Source of the DNA: a virus
Direction: 5' to 3' (one strand)
Virus record (IMG/VR): IMGVR_UViG_3300050505_000080
DNA: 24,073 nucleotides
How positions within the stretch are numbered: position 1 is the stretch's first letter; each line of letters begins with the position of its first letter. Of the stretch, positions 1 through 6,294 are shown piece after piece. The notes beneath the pieces are model-generated. The model did not search any database and was not told where the DNA came from. It saw only the letters and a program-made list of their open reading frames with translations. Made by a program: the position numbers and the translations under genes.

Positions 1-24
1 GCCGGGGGGGTGAAAAACCGTCGG
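1..24. repeat. Terminal direct repeat, copy 1 (gccgggggggtgaaaaaccgtcgg)
   Basis: Identical to nt 24050-24073, read directly from the sequence. Confidence 0.95.
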
Positions 25-130
25 GCCGGAGTCATACCGGGCCGGGCCACCAAAAAAGTGCCCGGTTAGCAGGGGATTTCGAACGGCCCCGAAACGCACG
101 CCCTCAAGCGTTGCACACGCAAGCAAACGA

Positions 131-157
131 CCCGCCCCCGGATAGGCCAAGGGCGGG
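131..157 (-). terminator. Candidate intrinsic terminator at the end of the early operon
   Basis: A 7-bp all-GC stem (cccgccc 131-137 / gggcggg 151-157) with a 13-nt loop lies 30 nt past the stop at 187. On the minus strand it is followed by TCGTTTGCTT. The loop is long and the U-tract weak. Confidence 0.3.
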
Positions 158-186
158 CCGTTGCCTCGCACCCGTCGGTGCGGACT

Positions 187-480
187 TTAATCGGGCGGTG
201 GCCCGAATTTCTCTTCGAGGTCGAGCCGCATTTGCCGGGCCCAACTGCGAAGCGTGCCGACGTAGCGGGCCGAATCCATCACAAGCACGTCGTCGGGCCC
301 CCGGTAGAGCAAGGCCATGTGCACCGTTGCAGTCGATAGGTCGTCGGTGCCCTTCGAGTAGACCACGCGAATCATGCGGTCGTCGTCCGGTTGCATCACG
401 GCCATTACTTCGTCGGTGCGCACGCCGACCACTTCGGCGTATTCGGCGAAGTCGTTGCGGCCGTGCCACTCAACCGGCAT
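187..480 (-). CDS. Hypothetical protein, 97 aa; last gene before the packaging region
   Basis: ATG at 478-480 lies inside track ORF 187..678 and overlaps the upstream stop (470-472). The sequence from MPVEWHGRNDFAEYAEVVGVRTDEV onward looks protein-like, while the upstream part of the track ORF is Arg/Thr-rich and looks off-frame. FAEYAEVVGVRTDEVMAV may be an HTH. Confidence 0.55.
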   Translation of the reverse strand: MPVEWHGRNDFAEYAEVVGVRTDEVMAVMQPDDDRMIRVVYSKGTDDLSTATVHMALLYRGPDDVLVMDSARYVGTLRSWARQMRLDLEEKFGPPPD

Positions 481-682
481 CGTGCGCCGCCTCGCGTGCG
501 TCGTTCGCTGCGCGCCGCAACATCCCGACCACCTCTTGCAACGCCTCGGCGTAGGACGGAAGCCCGAGGTCATCCAACACGCCTTGCGCGTGTTCGGTCG
601 CGTCGTGGGCGACTTGCAAGTGATTCGCAACGTCGCGCCACGCTTCGCGCGCGTTGTACTCGCGTATCGACTCGTCACTCAT
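470..682 (-). CDS. Hypothetical helical protein, 70 aa
   Basis: ATG at 680-682 (MSDESIREYNAREAW..) has GAGG 8 nt upstream. An alternative in-frame ATG at 772 would add a Gln/Gly/Arg-rich 30 aa. Confidence 0.55.
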   Translation of the reverse strand: MSDESIREYNAREAWRDVANHLQVAHDATEHAQGVLDDLGLPSYAEALQEVVGMLRRAANDAREAAHDAG

Positions 683-803
683 CGGCCGCGCCTCGCGTGT
701 ATCGCCCTGCCTTGCCGGGCGGCTTTCGCCTTCGCGCCCTTGCCCCTGTAGAGCTTGCCGCGTCGGCCCCATCGGTAGCCGCCCTTCACTCGACGCACCG
801 GGC

Positions 804-1256
804 TCATCGTCGCCGCCGCGTCGGGCCGTTTTGCGTGCCGAAAATGAACTCACGCCGCAAGAGGTCGGCAAGCATCGGGTCGCCGTGTCGGTAGCGGCTC
901 GTCACGTGGGCCATTACGTCCACCATGTTTTCGTCGTTGAGCGATTCGAGCCGAGAGCGCGTCGCCGCATTGACGCGCGCCTCCGTCACTCGCTCGCCCG
1001 ACGCGGTGAGGCTCCATAGCCCCGTCTTCGGGTCGCGCTTGACCATGCCATATCGCCCCATCCAGGTAAGCCGGACGGCTAGTCCCTGTCGGTCTTGCTC
1101 ACCGAAGCCCATCGCCTCGGTAAGTTCCCACGTTTCGGCTTCGCCGCCCTCGGCCGCGATCTTGAGCATGAGGTCTAGATCGCGGAAGTCGTGGACGGTT
1201 GCCGGGTGTCTCGTCTTGCCTCCGAGCACTTGGCGGTTGTGCTCGTTCCCCGCCAT
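804..1256 (-). CDS. Winged-helix-like DNA-binding protein, 150 aa
   Basis: ATG at 1254-1256 shares 1 nt with the upstream TAA (TAATG). WELTEAMGFGEQDRQGLAVRLTWMGRYGMVKRDPKTGLWSLTASG reads as a recognition helix plus beta-wing. The family is not identified. Confidence 0.6.
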   Translation of the reverse strand: MAGNEHNRQVLGGKTRHPATVHDFRDLDLMLKIAAEGGEAETWELTEAMGFGEQDRQGLAVRLTWMGRYGMVKRDPKTGLWSLTASGERVTEARVNAATRSRLESLNDENMVDVMAHVTSRYRHGDPMLADLLRREFIFGTQNGPTRRRR

Positions 1257-1756
1257 TAGTTCACGAGTTTGTAGGCCATGCCGCCGCCGCGCACTTTGCG
1301 GTCGGCGCGCAAGATGCCGTCGGTGATGAGCAGTTCAACTGCGGGCGTAACGGAATCCATCGAGGCGTGCACCTCGGCGGCAAGCCAATTGCGCGTTATG
1401 AAGCCGTCGCTGTTGCCGGGCTTGGCCGACTCGCGAAGCAACGCTTCGATTTTGTCGGCGACTTCGCGTATGTGCTCGGGCGATGCGTGGCCGGTTCGCG
1501 CGCTGCTCTTCTTCTTCGGGCCGTACTTGCTCGCCTCGCGAAAGTCGGCGTCGGCGAGCTTGAGCATTGCGATTGCCTCGCGCTTCGCGGCCACCAACTC
1601 GTCGCGTGCGGCGGCAAGCGTTTCGAGTTGCGCGTCAAGCGCGGCAATGTCTTCGCGCAAGCCCGGTGCGAGCCCAAGCAAGCGCTCATTGATTCGTTGC
1701 CGCGTTTCGACCGCGAGCGAGAGCAAGCTCGACGGTTCGGTGCCGTTGTCTGACAT
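1256..1756 (-). CDS. Coiled-coil plus C-terminal wHTH-like protein, 166 aa
   Basis: ATG at 1754-1756 has AGGAGGG 6 nt upstream. The N-terminal half is Leu/Ala/Glu-rich. The C-terminal FITRNWLAAEV..VELLITDGILRADRKVRGGGMAYKL is wHTH-like. Confidence 0.65.
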   Translation of the reverse strand: MSDNGTEPSSLLSLAVETRQRINERLLGLAPGLREDIAALDAQLETLAAARDELVAAKREAIAMLKLADADFREASKYGPKKKSSARTGHASPEHIREVADKIEALLRESAKPGNSDGFITRNWLAAEVHASMDSVTPAVELLITDGILRADRKVRGGGMAYKLVN

Positions 1757-1808
1757 TGAAGACCCTCCTACGGTTCGGGAACACCCGGAGTTTGCCACGT
1801 CGGTGCGG

Positions 1809-2555
1809 TCAGAGCCCGGCGACTTGTTCGAGGGTCGTGAGTCGTTCGATGAGGTCGGACGCCTGCGACTTGGTCAGTTCGCTCACTTTCTCGGTGCCGT
1901 AGCGGGCGGCGAGCGTTTCGCCCCATGCCTCTTCGGTGATCGCCTCGGCTTTGAGCAGCTTCGTTTTCAGCGCGTACACCTTTTTGCGTTGCGGCTCGCT
2001 TATGTCGTCGGCCGCGCCGGGGTCGATGCCTTCGCTCAAAGTTTCGGGTGGTCGGAACTGCGACGCCGTTTCGGCCGTCCCGACCACCCGAGGGTCTTCG
2101 CGCTCCATCCTACTTGCGCCCCCGTCGTCGTCGTCTTCGGCGGCGACGCACAAGAGGGCGGCGAGCGCGTAGCGGCGTAGGTAGGTGATGCGCGAGCCGA
2201 GCGCTTGCACCGCACCGGGGTCGTATTGCCCGAGCGGGAACGACGACGCGATGATGCCGCCCGCTTCGTGGCGAAGCTCGGTGCGAAGCGCGCTGCCGAC
2301 GCCGCCGGGGGCTTCGAGCCGTTGCACGATCGCGAGCCCGTGTTTGGCGAGCACCGGCCGCACCGTCGCCAAGATCGTGTCGAGCGGGGCATAGTCGAAC
2401 GTGTACGAGCCGCCCGTTTTCGTTTGCACGGTCACCGTGCGATCTTTCGGTATCGGCGGAAACTCGGCTTGCGCCTTCGCGAGCGCGGCGTTGAGTTTCG
2501 CGTCGAGCTCGTATACGAGCACCGCCCCGTTGGTCGGCTTGCTCGTCTCGGTCAT
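1809..2555 (-). CDS. erf: ERF-family single-strand annealing recombinase, 248 aa
   Basis: ATG at 2553-2555 has GGAGGTG upstream. Characteristic ERF stretches are present: LAKAQAEFPPIPKDRTVTV, YTFDYAPLDTILATVRPVLAKHGLAIVQ and GSRITYLRRYALAALLCVAAEDDDDG. Confidence 0.85.
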   Translation of the reverse strand: MTETSKPTNGAVLVYELDAKLNAALAKAQAEFPPIPKDRTVTVQTKTGGSYTFDYAPLDTILATVRPVLAKHGLAIVQRLEAPGGVGSALRTELRHEAGGIIASSFPLGQYDPGAVQALGSRITYLRRYALAALLCVAAEDDDDGGASRMEREDPRVVGTAETASQFRPPETLSEGIDPGAADDISEPQRKKVYALKTKLLKAEAITEEAWGETLAARYGTEKVSELTKSQASDLIERLTTLEQVAGL

Positions 2556-3121
2556 GTGCCCACCTCCATGAGCGCGGTTTGCACTTCTTCGCGAGTCGGC
2601 CGCGCGTACGGCCAATCGTTCGGCGGTCGGTCTTGCCCGAGCGGGTCGCGCACGAAGGTCGAGCCGTGCGAGCCGCGCACGAACCGACAACCCGTGAACT
2701 TGGCAAGCTCGCGCTTGGTCAGCTTCGGGCCGGTGCCGTTTTTTGAGGGTGCCCCCTTCGCGGTTTGCGAAGGGGGTTGGGGGTTGTCTTTCTCTCCCTC
2801 TCCCTCTTCGCGCGCGCGCCCGCGCGCGGGAGGGCTAGAGGAAAGTTCGATGAAACCCGCTTCCTTAAGCCGTTCGAATGAACGCTTGCGCGACCTTTGG
2901 CGGTCTTTTGCCGGTACGTTGGCGGCTCGTAAGCGGCCGTTTGAGCGCGCGTACTCGACCCATAACAAGACCAACAAGCCACGGTCGGCGTCGGTCAGCG
3001 CGAGCCATTCGTCGCGGCTCGCAAGTTCGACGTACAGCTTGAGCCACGTCGGGTTGCGGTCGTGGTAGTGCTGGAACTTTCCCCAATTGGGGATAACAAC
3101 CCACACGTCGCGGTCACTCAT
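2552..3121 (-). CDS. Putative replication-associated DNA-binding protein (replisome-organizer-like N-terminus), 189 aa
   Basis: ATG at 3119-3121; the stop overlaps the erf start (ATGA). WVVIPNWGKFQHYHDRNPTWLKLYVELASRDEWLALTDADRGLLVLLWVEYARSNG resembles phage replisome-organizer/DnaD-like N-termini (judged by eye only). The central linker is low complexity. Confidence 0.6.
   Translation of the reverse strand: MSDRDVWVVIPNWGKFQHYHDRNPTWLKLYVELASRDEWLALTDADRGLLVLLWVEYARSNGRLRAANVPAKDRQRSRKRSFERLKEAGFIELSSSPPARGRAREEGEGEKDNPQPPSQTAKGAPSKNGTGPKLTKRELAKFTGCRFVRGSHGSTFVRDPLGQDRPPNDWPYARPTREEVQTALMEVGT
2752..2834. other. Cluster of strong inverted and tandem repeats inside the 2552..3121 gene (candidate ori)
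   Basis: A perfect 10-bp inverted repeat (cccccttcgc 2752-2761 / gcgaaggggg 2767-2776, 5-nt loop). Tandem GGGGGTTG GGGGTTG at 2772-2786 and a CT-rich repeat tctctccctctccctct. A (CG)5 CC (CG)4 run at 2809-2828 can form an 8-bp hairpin extended by ccctc 2802-2806 / gaggg 2830-2834. Confidence 0.35.
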
Positions 3122-3599
3122 CGACCAACCTCAACTGCCCCGGCGTGACGGCGGGTACGCGAAGGTCGAGCGGGGCTTGCGCGCGGTACTCGGCCCACGC
3201 CTTCGCGATCGCGCCCGAGCCGGGGAAGAGGTCAACGAGCACGTCGTCGGCGACGAGCCCGAGCGCGGCGAACACCCACGAGCAAACGGCGCGCGGCTTC
3301 GCGCCGGGGTAGTCCCACTCGGTTGCCGGGTGGCACTCGAAGAAGTCTCGAACCTTGTTCGCGTCGGCACGCGGCCGGGCTCCGTCGATTAGCACCGGTT
3401 CCCACGCGTACGCCGGGCTTATGCCGGGCTTCCACGACGCCCACGGCTTAATCCACGCGAGCACCCGCACCGAGGGGTCGAAGCCGGACACGAGCCCGCC
3501 GATAAGTGCGCCGTGGTCAACCTCACCCGCGTAGTCGGCGTGCCCTTCGTAGAGCTTCGCTTGGCCGGGATAGGGCGGGTCGGCGTAGGCCACTCTCAT
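3114..3599 (-). CDS. Compact DNA methyltransferase (N6-adenine/N4-cytosine type, DPPY motif), 161 aa
   Basis: The N-terminal MRVAYADPPYPGQ carries motif IV (DPPY), and the C-terminal VLVDLFPGSGAIAKAW carries the AdoMet motif I (FxGxG). The IV-then-I order matches beta-class enzymes. ATGA overlap with the upstream gene. Confidence 0.7.
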   Translation of the reverse strand: MRVAYADPPYPGQAKLYEGHADYAGEVDHGALIGGLVSGFDPSVRVLAWIKPWASWKPGISPAYAWEPVLIDGARPRADANKVRDFFECHPATEWDYPGAKPRAVCSWVFAALGLVADDVLVDLFPGSGAIAKAWAEYRAQAPLDLRVPAVTPGQLRLVDE

Positions 3600-4024
3600 G
3601 CGTCAATCCGAAGTTGAATCCCGCGCCCGGCCGCATCCCACATTGCTTCGATTTGGCATCGCTCGGCGACGCGCTCGGGCTCGGCGATGCCGTGGCGGCG
3701 AAGGAACTCTTCGCCCGAGATTCGCCCGCGCACCGTGCGTTCGGCGATCTGCACGACAACGACACCCGACCGCCGGTCGCGGTGATTGCCCGCCGCGTTT
3801 TTCGTGTTCGCCGAAGCGCAAAACTCGAACGCGCCGAGCGGGGTAATAACGTCCGGCTCGCCCTGCACGCCGCGCCGCCCACGTATCCCGAGCCGCCCGC
3901 CGACGGCGACGCAATAGGTGCGTTCGAGCGCGAGCCCGTAGCGGGTGTAAAAGGTCTTCACAAGCTCGTAGTGCGCGACGACCCGCTCGCCGTACACGAG
4001 CGCGGCGGCTTCGCGCGAGGTCAC
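3596..4024 (-). CDS. Hypothetical protein, 142 aa
   Basis: GTG at 4022-4024 forms a GTGA overlap with the stop of the VRR-NUC gene. The longer track ORF (to 4126) would overlap that gene with an Arg-rich N-terminus. Confidence 0.55.
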   Translation of the reverse strand: MTSREAAALVYGERVVAHYELVKTFYTRYGLALERTYCVAVGGRLGIRGRRGVQGEPDVITPLGAFEFCASANTKNAAGNHRDRRSGVVVVQIAERTVRGRISGEEFLRRHGIAEPERVAERCQIEAMWDAAGRGIQLRIDA

Positions 4025-4350
4025 GAAAGCACCCGCGCAACGTCGTCGGGCCAATCCGCCGGTCGCCATATGTAGCACTCGACGCCGCCCACGATGCCGC
4101 CCACGCCGTCGAGCCGGTTGAGCCACGTTGCTTGCGCAAAATCGACGTGCCCGCGTGCCGTCTTCAACTCGGCGAAGACGAGGCGCGACGCCCGCACCAT
4201 GACGAGGTCGGGAAAGCCCTTATCGCCCCGTTGCGGCGTGTAGTACCCGCCGCCCTCACGCATCGCGCGCGCCGTCTCGAAGTGCGCAACGAGCCACCCG
4301 CGCTCGCGGGCGAAAGCGACGATTGCCTTGGTGAGTTCGCGCTCGGTCAC
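4021..4350 (-). CDS. VRR-NUC domain nuclease, 109 aa
   Basis: GFPDLVMV....FAELKTARGHVDFAQATWLNRL matches the VRR-NUC pattern (PD...ExK followed by Q..W). GTGA overlap with the upstream gene. Confidence 0.75.
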   Translation of the reverse strand: MTERELTKAIVAFARERGWLVAHFETARAMREGGGYYTPQRGDKGFPDLVMVRASRLVFAELKTARGHVDFAQATWLNRLDGVGGIVGGVECYIWRPADWPDDVARVLS

Positions 4351-4625
4351 CGCTTCCCGTTGTCGGGCACGAGCGCCGACGGTGTCGGTTCCGGCTCGGG
4401 CCTATCCCAAAACGCATCGCCGCGCCGCACTTGAATGGCGGCTTGCACCTCGCGACCGAAGCGCAGTTCGACACCGACGACACCGGCCGCGCCGAGCCCG
4501 TCTTGCGCCTTCGCAAGCTCATCGAGCGCGCGCACCAAGCGCGGCTCCAACTCGCGCACGGCGAGCACGGCACGCGACCACGCGGCGAGCGCAAGCGCGG
4601 CGTCGTCCGGCCCGCGCGCGCTCAT
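4347..4625 (-). CDS. Hypothetical protein, 92 aa
   Basis: ATG at 4623-4625 forms an ATGA overlap with the upstream stop (4622-4624). No recognisable motif. Confidence 0.5.
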   Translation of the reverse strand: MSARGPDDAALALAAWSRAVLAVRELEPRLVRALDELAKAQDGLGAAGVVGVELRFGREVQAAIQVRRGDAFWDRPEPEPTPSALVPDNGKR

Positions 4626-4984
4626 CGTGCGCACGTCCACGGTGACCACCCCGCATCGAGGAAATAGGCGTGAGCGGCCCGCGCTTGGGCGTCGGCCGTC
4701 GTCCCGTGCCCGTAGTGCGAGCGCGCCCACGCGCCCATTTGAAACAAGCCCATGAACTGACCGTTTCGGGCCGTCGTGTTGTACCGGTTCCCGGTCTCAC
4801 ACGCGACCACGTCGAACGCCTTAACCCGTTCGGCCCGCGTCGGCCAATAGGTGCGCACCGCGACGAACACGCGGGGCGGTACCGGCGGTCGGGCCCCGGC
4901 TTTGTTCACCCACAAGAGGCACGCGGCGATGATGAGTACGAGCACGATGAAACCGACCACGTGCCGTTGCTCGCGTCCGGTCAT
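4622..4984 (-). CDS. Membrane-anchored transglycosylase-like (Rpf/SLT-like) protein, 120 aa
   Basis: ATG at 4982-4984 has GGAGGGGGG upstream. N-terminal TM helix VVGFIVLVLIIAACLLWV. The domain ACETGNRYNTTARNGQFMGLFQMGAWARSHYG..AQARAAHAYFLDAGWSPWTC matches the Rpf-type pattern (CE[ST]G..NG.[FY].GL.Q....W...G...A...Q...A....GW..W..C). Confidence 0.7.
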   Translation of the reverse strand: MTGREQRHVVGFIVLVLIIAACLLWVNKAGARPPVPPRVFVAVRTYWPTRAERVKAFDVVACETGNRYNTTARNGQFMGLFQMGAWARSHYGHGTTADAQARAAHAYFLDAGWSPWTCAR

Positions 4985-5490
4985 GTTGCCCCCCTCCGAA
5001 AGTTGCGCGAGTGCGGCCGGTTGGTCGGCTCGCGGTGAAGGTCGGTAAGAATCGACTCGGGCGTTGAACGCGACTCGACAACCCACTCGTCGGGTGCGTC
5101 GAAGTGCGCGAGTCCATCCGCGACTTGCGCCCGCACGCCCCGGCCGAAGCATTGGAACGACCGAAGCTCGCCCGTCGGCTCGTGCCGAAAGGTGATGTTC
5201 GACTCGGTGCGCCCGATGTTGTAGAGCGCGTCGCCCCGGCCCACGCACTTGCCGCACCGCCGGGCGTGGTAGTTGCGCTTCGGCCCGCCGCACTCGGGGC
5301 ACGTGCGGCCGTACGCCGGGTCGGCCGCGTCGGCGTCGAGCGACCACCGGGGCGGAAGTTGCCCCTTCGCCTCGCGGGCCGACTGCTCGTCGCGGCACGA
5401 CCGGCACAACGCCGCGTCGGCCCGCTTCCACTCGCCGCACGACGGACACGACTCGTTGCGCTCGGAGCCGTGCCGAACTTCGCCGGTCAC
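4981..5490 (-). CDS. Zinc-ribbon protein, 169 aa
   Basis: Two CxxC...CxxC pairs (CPSCGEW..CRSC and CPECGG..CGKC). GTGA overlap at 5487-5490 and ATGA overlap at 4981-4984. Confidence 0.6.
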   Translation of the reverse strand: MTGEVRHGSERNESCPSCGEWKRADAALCRSCRDEQSAREAKGQLPPRWSLDADAADPAYGRTCPECGGPKRNYHARRCGKCVGRGDALYNIGRTESNITFRHEPTGELRSFQCFGRGVRAQVADGLAHFDAPDEWVVESRSTPESILTDLHREPTNRPHSRNFRRGAT

Positions 5491-5684
5491 GAGGTCACCC
5501 GCTCAAGCGGTTCGAGCTCGTCGCGGCGGTAGATACGCCGCCACTGCCCGCGCCCCTCATCGAGCACGACCACGTAGGAATCGGTCGGCTTCAACGGCCC
5601 GAACCGGCGAAGCCCACGGTCAAGCCATTCGGCCACGATCGTGCCCGCACCGTCGGGCGTCGTCACGCGATCGCCTTTCTTCAT
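5487..5684 (-). CDS. Small SH3/KOW-like protein, 65 aa
   Basis: ATG at 5682-5684 (MKKGDRVTTPDGAGTIV..) has GAGAGGGGG upstream. Confidence 0.55.
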   Translation of the reverse strand: MKKGDRVTTPDGAGTIVAEWLDRGLRRFGPLKPTDSYVVVLDEGRGQWRRIYRRDELEPLERVTS

Positions 5685-5695
5685 CGCGCCCCCTC

Positions 5696-5893
5696 TCACT
5701 CGTCGCCGCCCTCGGTCAAGTCGTCGTCGCCGTGGACGGCGTCAATCACGTGCGCGACGACGTGCAGCGCAATCGCGACTTCGTAGGCGATACGCGCCAT
5801 GTGCTCGTTGCCTTGCTCTTCGTGTTGGTCGCCTCGTATCTCCGAGGCGTGCGCGGCTTCGGTGAGCCGGTCGGCCAAATCCGCGCCTAGCAC
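5696..5893 (-). CDS. Acidic, His-rich small protein, 65 aa; first gene of the early operon
   Basis: GTG at 5891-5893 has GAGGTG 5 nt upstream. Hand count: 16 Asp+Glu against 3 Arg, plus 7 His. Confidence 0.5.
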   Translation of the reverse strand: MLGADLADRLTEAAHASEIRGDQHEEQGNEHMARIAYEVAIALHVVAHVIDAVHGDDDLTEGGDE

Positions 5894-6045
5894 GGGCTCA
5901 CCTCGGGGCGGGGCACGTCGAGTGACCGCGCGCCAAGTGCGGCCCGTCGCGCGTCGGTGTCGCGAGCCTGCTCGTCGTCGGTGTTACCGCACCAAGTCCC
6001 GACGGCGGTACGGCCTACGCCCCGCCCCAAGCTTTGCGATGCCTC

Positions 6046-6094
6046 GGGCCGGGGCCGAGCGGACGGGGTAAGCGCTCGGGTTCCCCCCCGGCCC
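6046..6094. promoter_or_regulatory. Candidate attP-like imperfect dyad (49 bp)
   Basis: Outer 9-bp inverted repeat gggccgggg 6046-6054 / ccccggccc 6086-6094, plus inner 7-bp inverted repeat ccgagcg 6055-6061 / cgctcgg 6073-6079. It sits 200 nt upstream of the serine integrase gene. Its function is a guess based on size and architecture. Confidence 0.25.
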
Positions 6095-6218
6095 AAGTCT
6101 TGTGTACAGCCGAGAGCGGCGTTAAAGTTCGCCCGGCGTTGAGGCGACCGGGCCCGCTTCCGCTCTACTAGACCGTTTCCACCCCCGGCAGGGTTAACGA
6201 AACTTTCAGGTTTGAGAG

Positions 6219-6247
6219 TTGCGTTATCCCCAATGCGCCTGTAACCT
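6219..6247 (+). promoter_or_regulatory. Candidate integrase promoter (TTGCGT - 17 nt - TAACCT)
   Basis: -35-like hexamer at 6219-6224, exact 17-nt spacer, -10-like TANNNT at 6242-6247, about 48 nt upstream of the int ATG. Based on consensus matching only. Confidence 0.35.
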
Positions 6248-6276
6248 CCGGTGCGAAGCACCGGATAGGCCGGTGC
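6248..6276 (+). promoter_or_regulatory. Three alternating 7-mers (CCGGTGC / GCACCGG / CCGGTGC): operator or 5'-UTR switch
   Basis: Copies at 6248-6254, 6258-6264 (reverse complement) and 6270-6276. The middle copy can pair with either flank, giving two mutually exclusive 7-bp hairpins. They lie right after the candidate -10 and 19 nt before the int ATG. Confidence 0.4.
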
Positions 6277-6294
6277 CACAGAAAGGGTCTTCCA

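Noticed and set aside
73-95. TTCGAA-centred T-arm-like element (GGGGATTTCGAACGGCCCC)
   Set aside because: Only a 4-bp stem with an 11-nt loop, and no acceptor or anticodon arms on either strand.
187-682. Overlapping 70-aa/97-aa gene pair as a toxin-antitoxin module
   Set aside because: Start/stop overlap is the rule throughout this genome, so it is not diagnostic here. Neither protein shows a toxin or antitoxin motif that I recognise.
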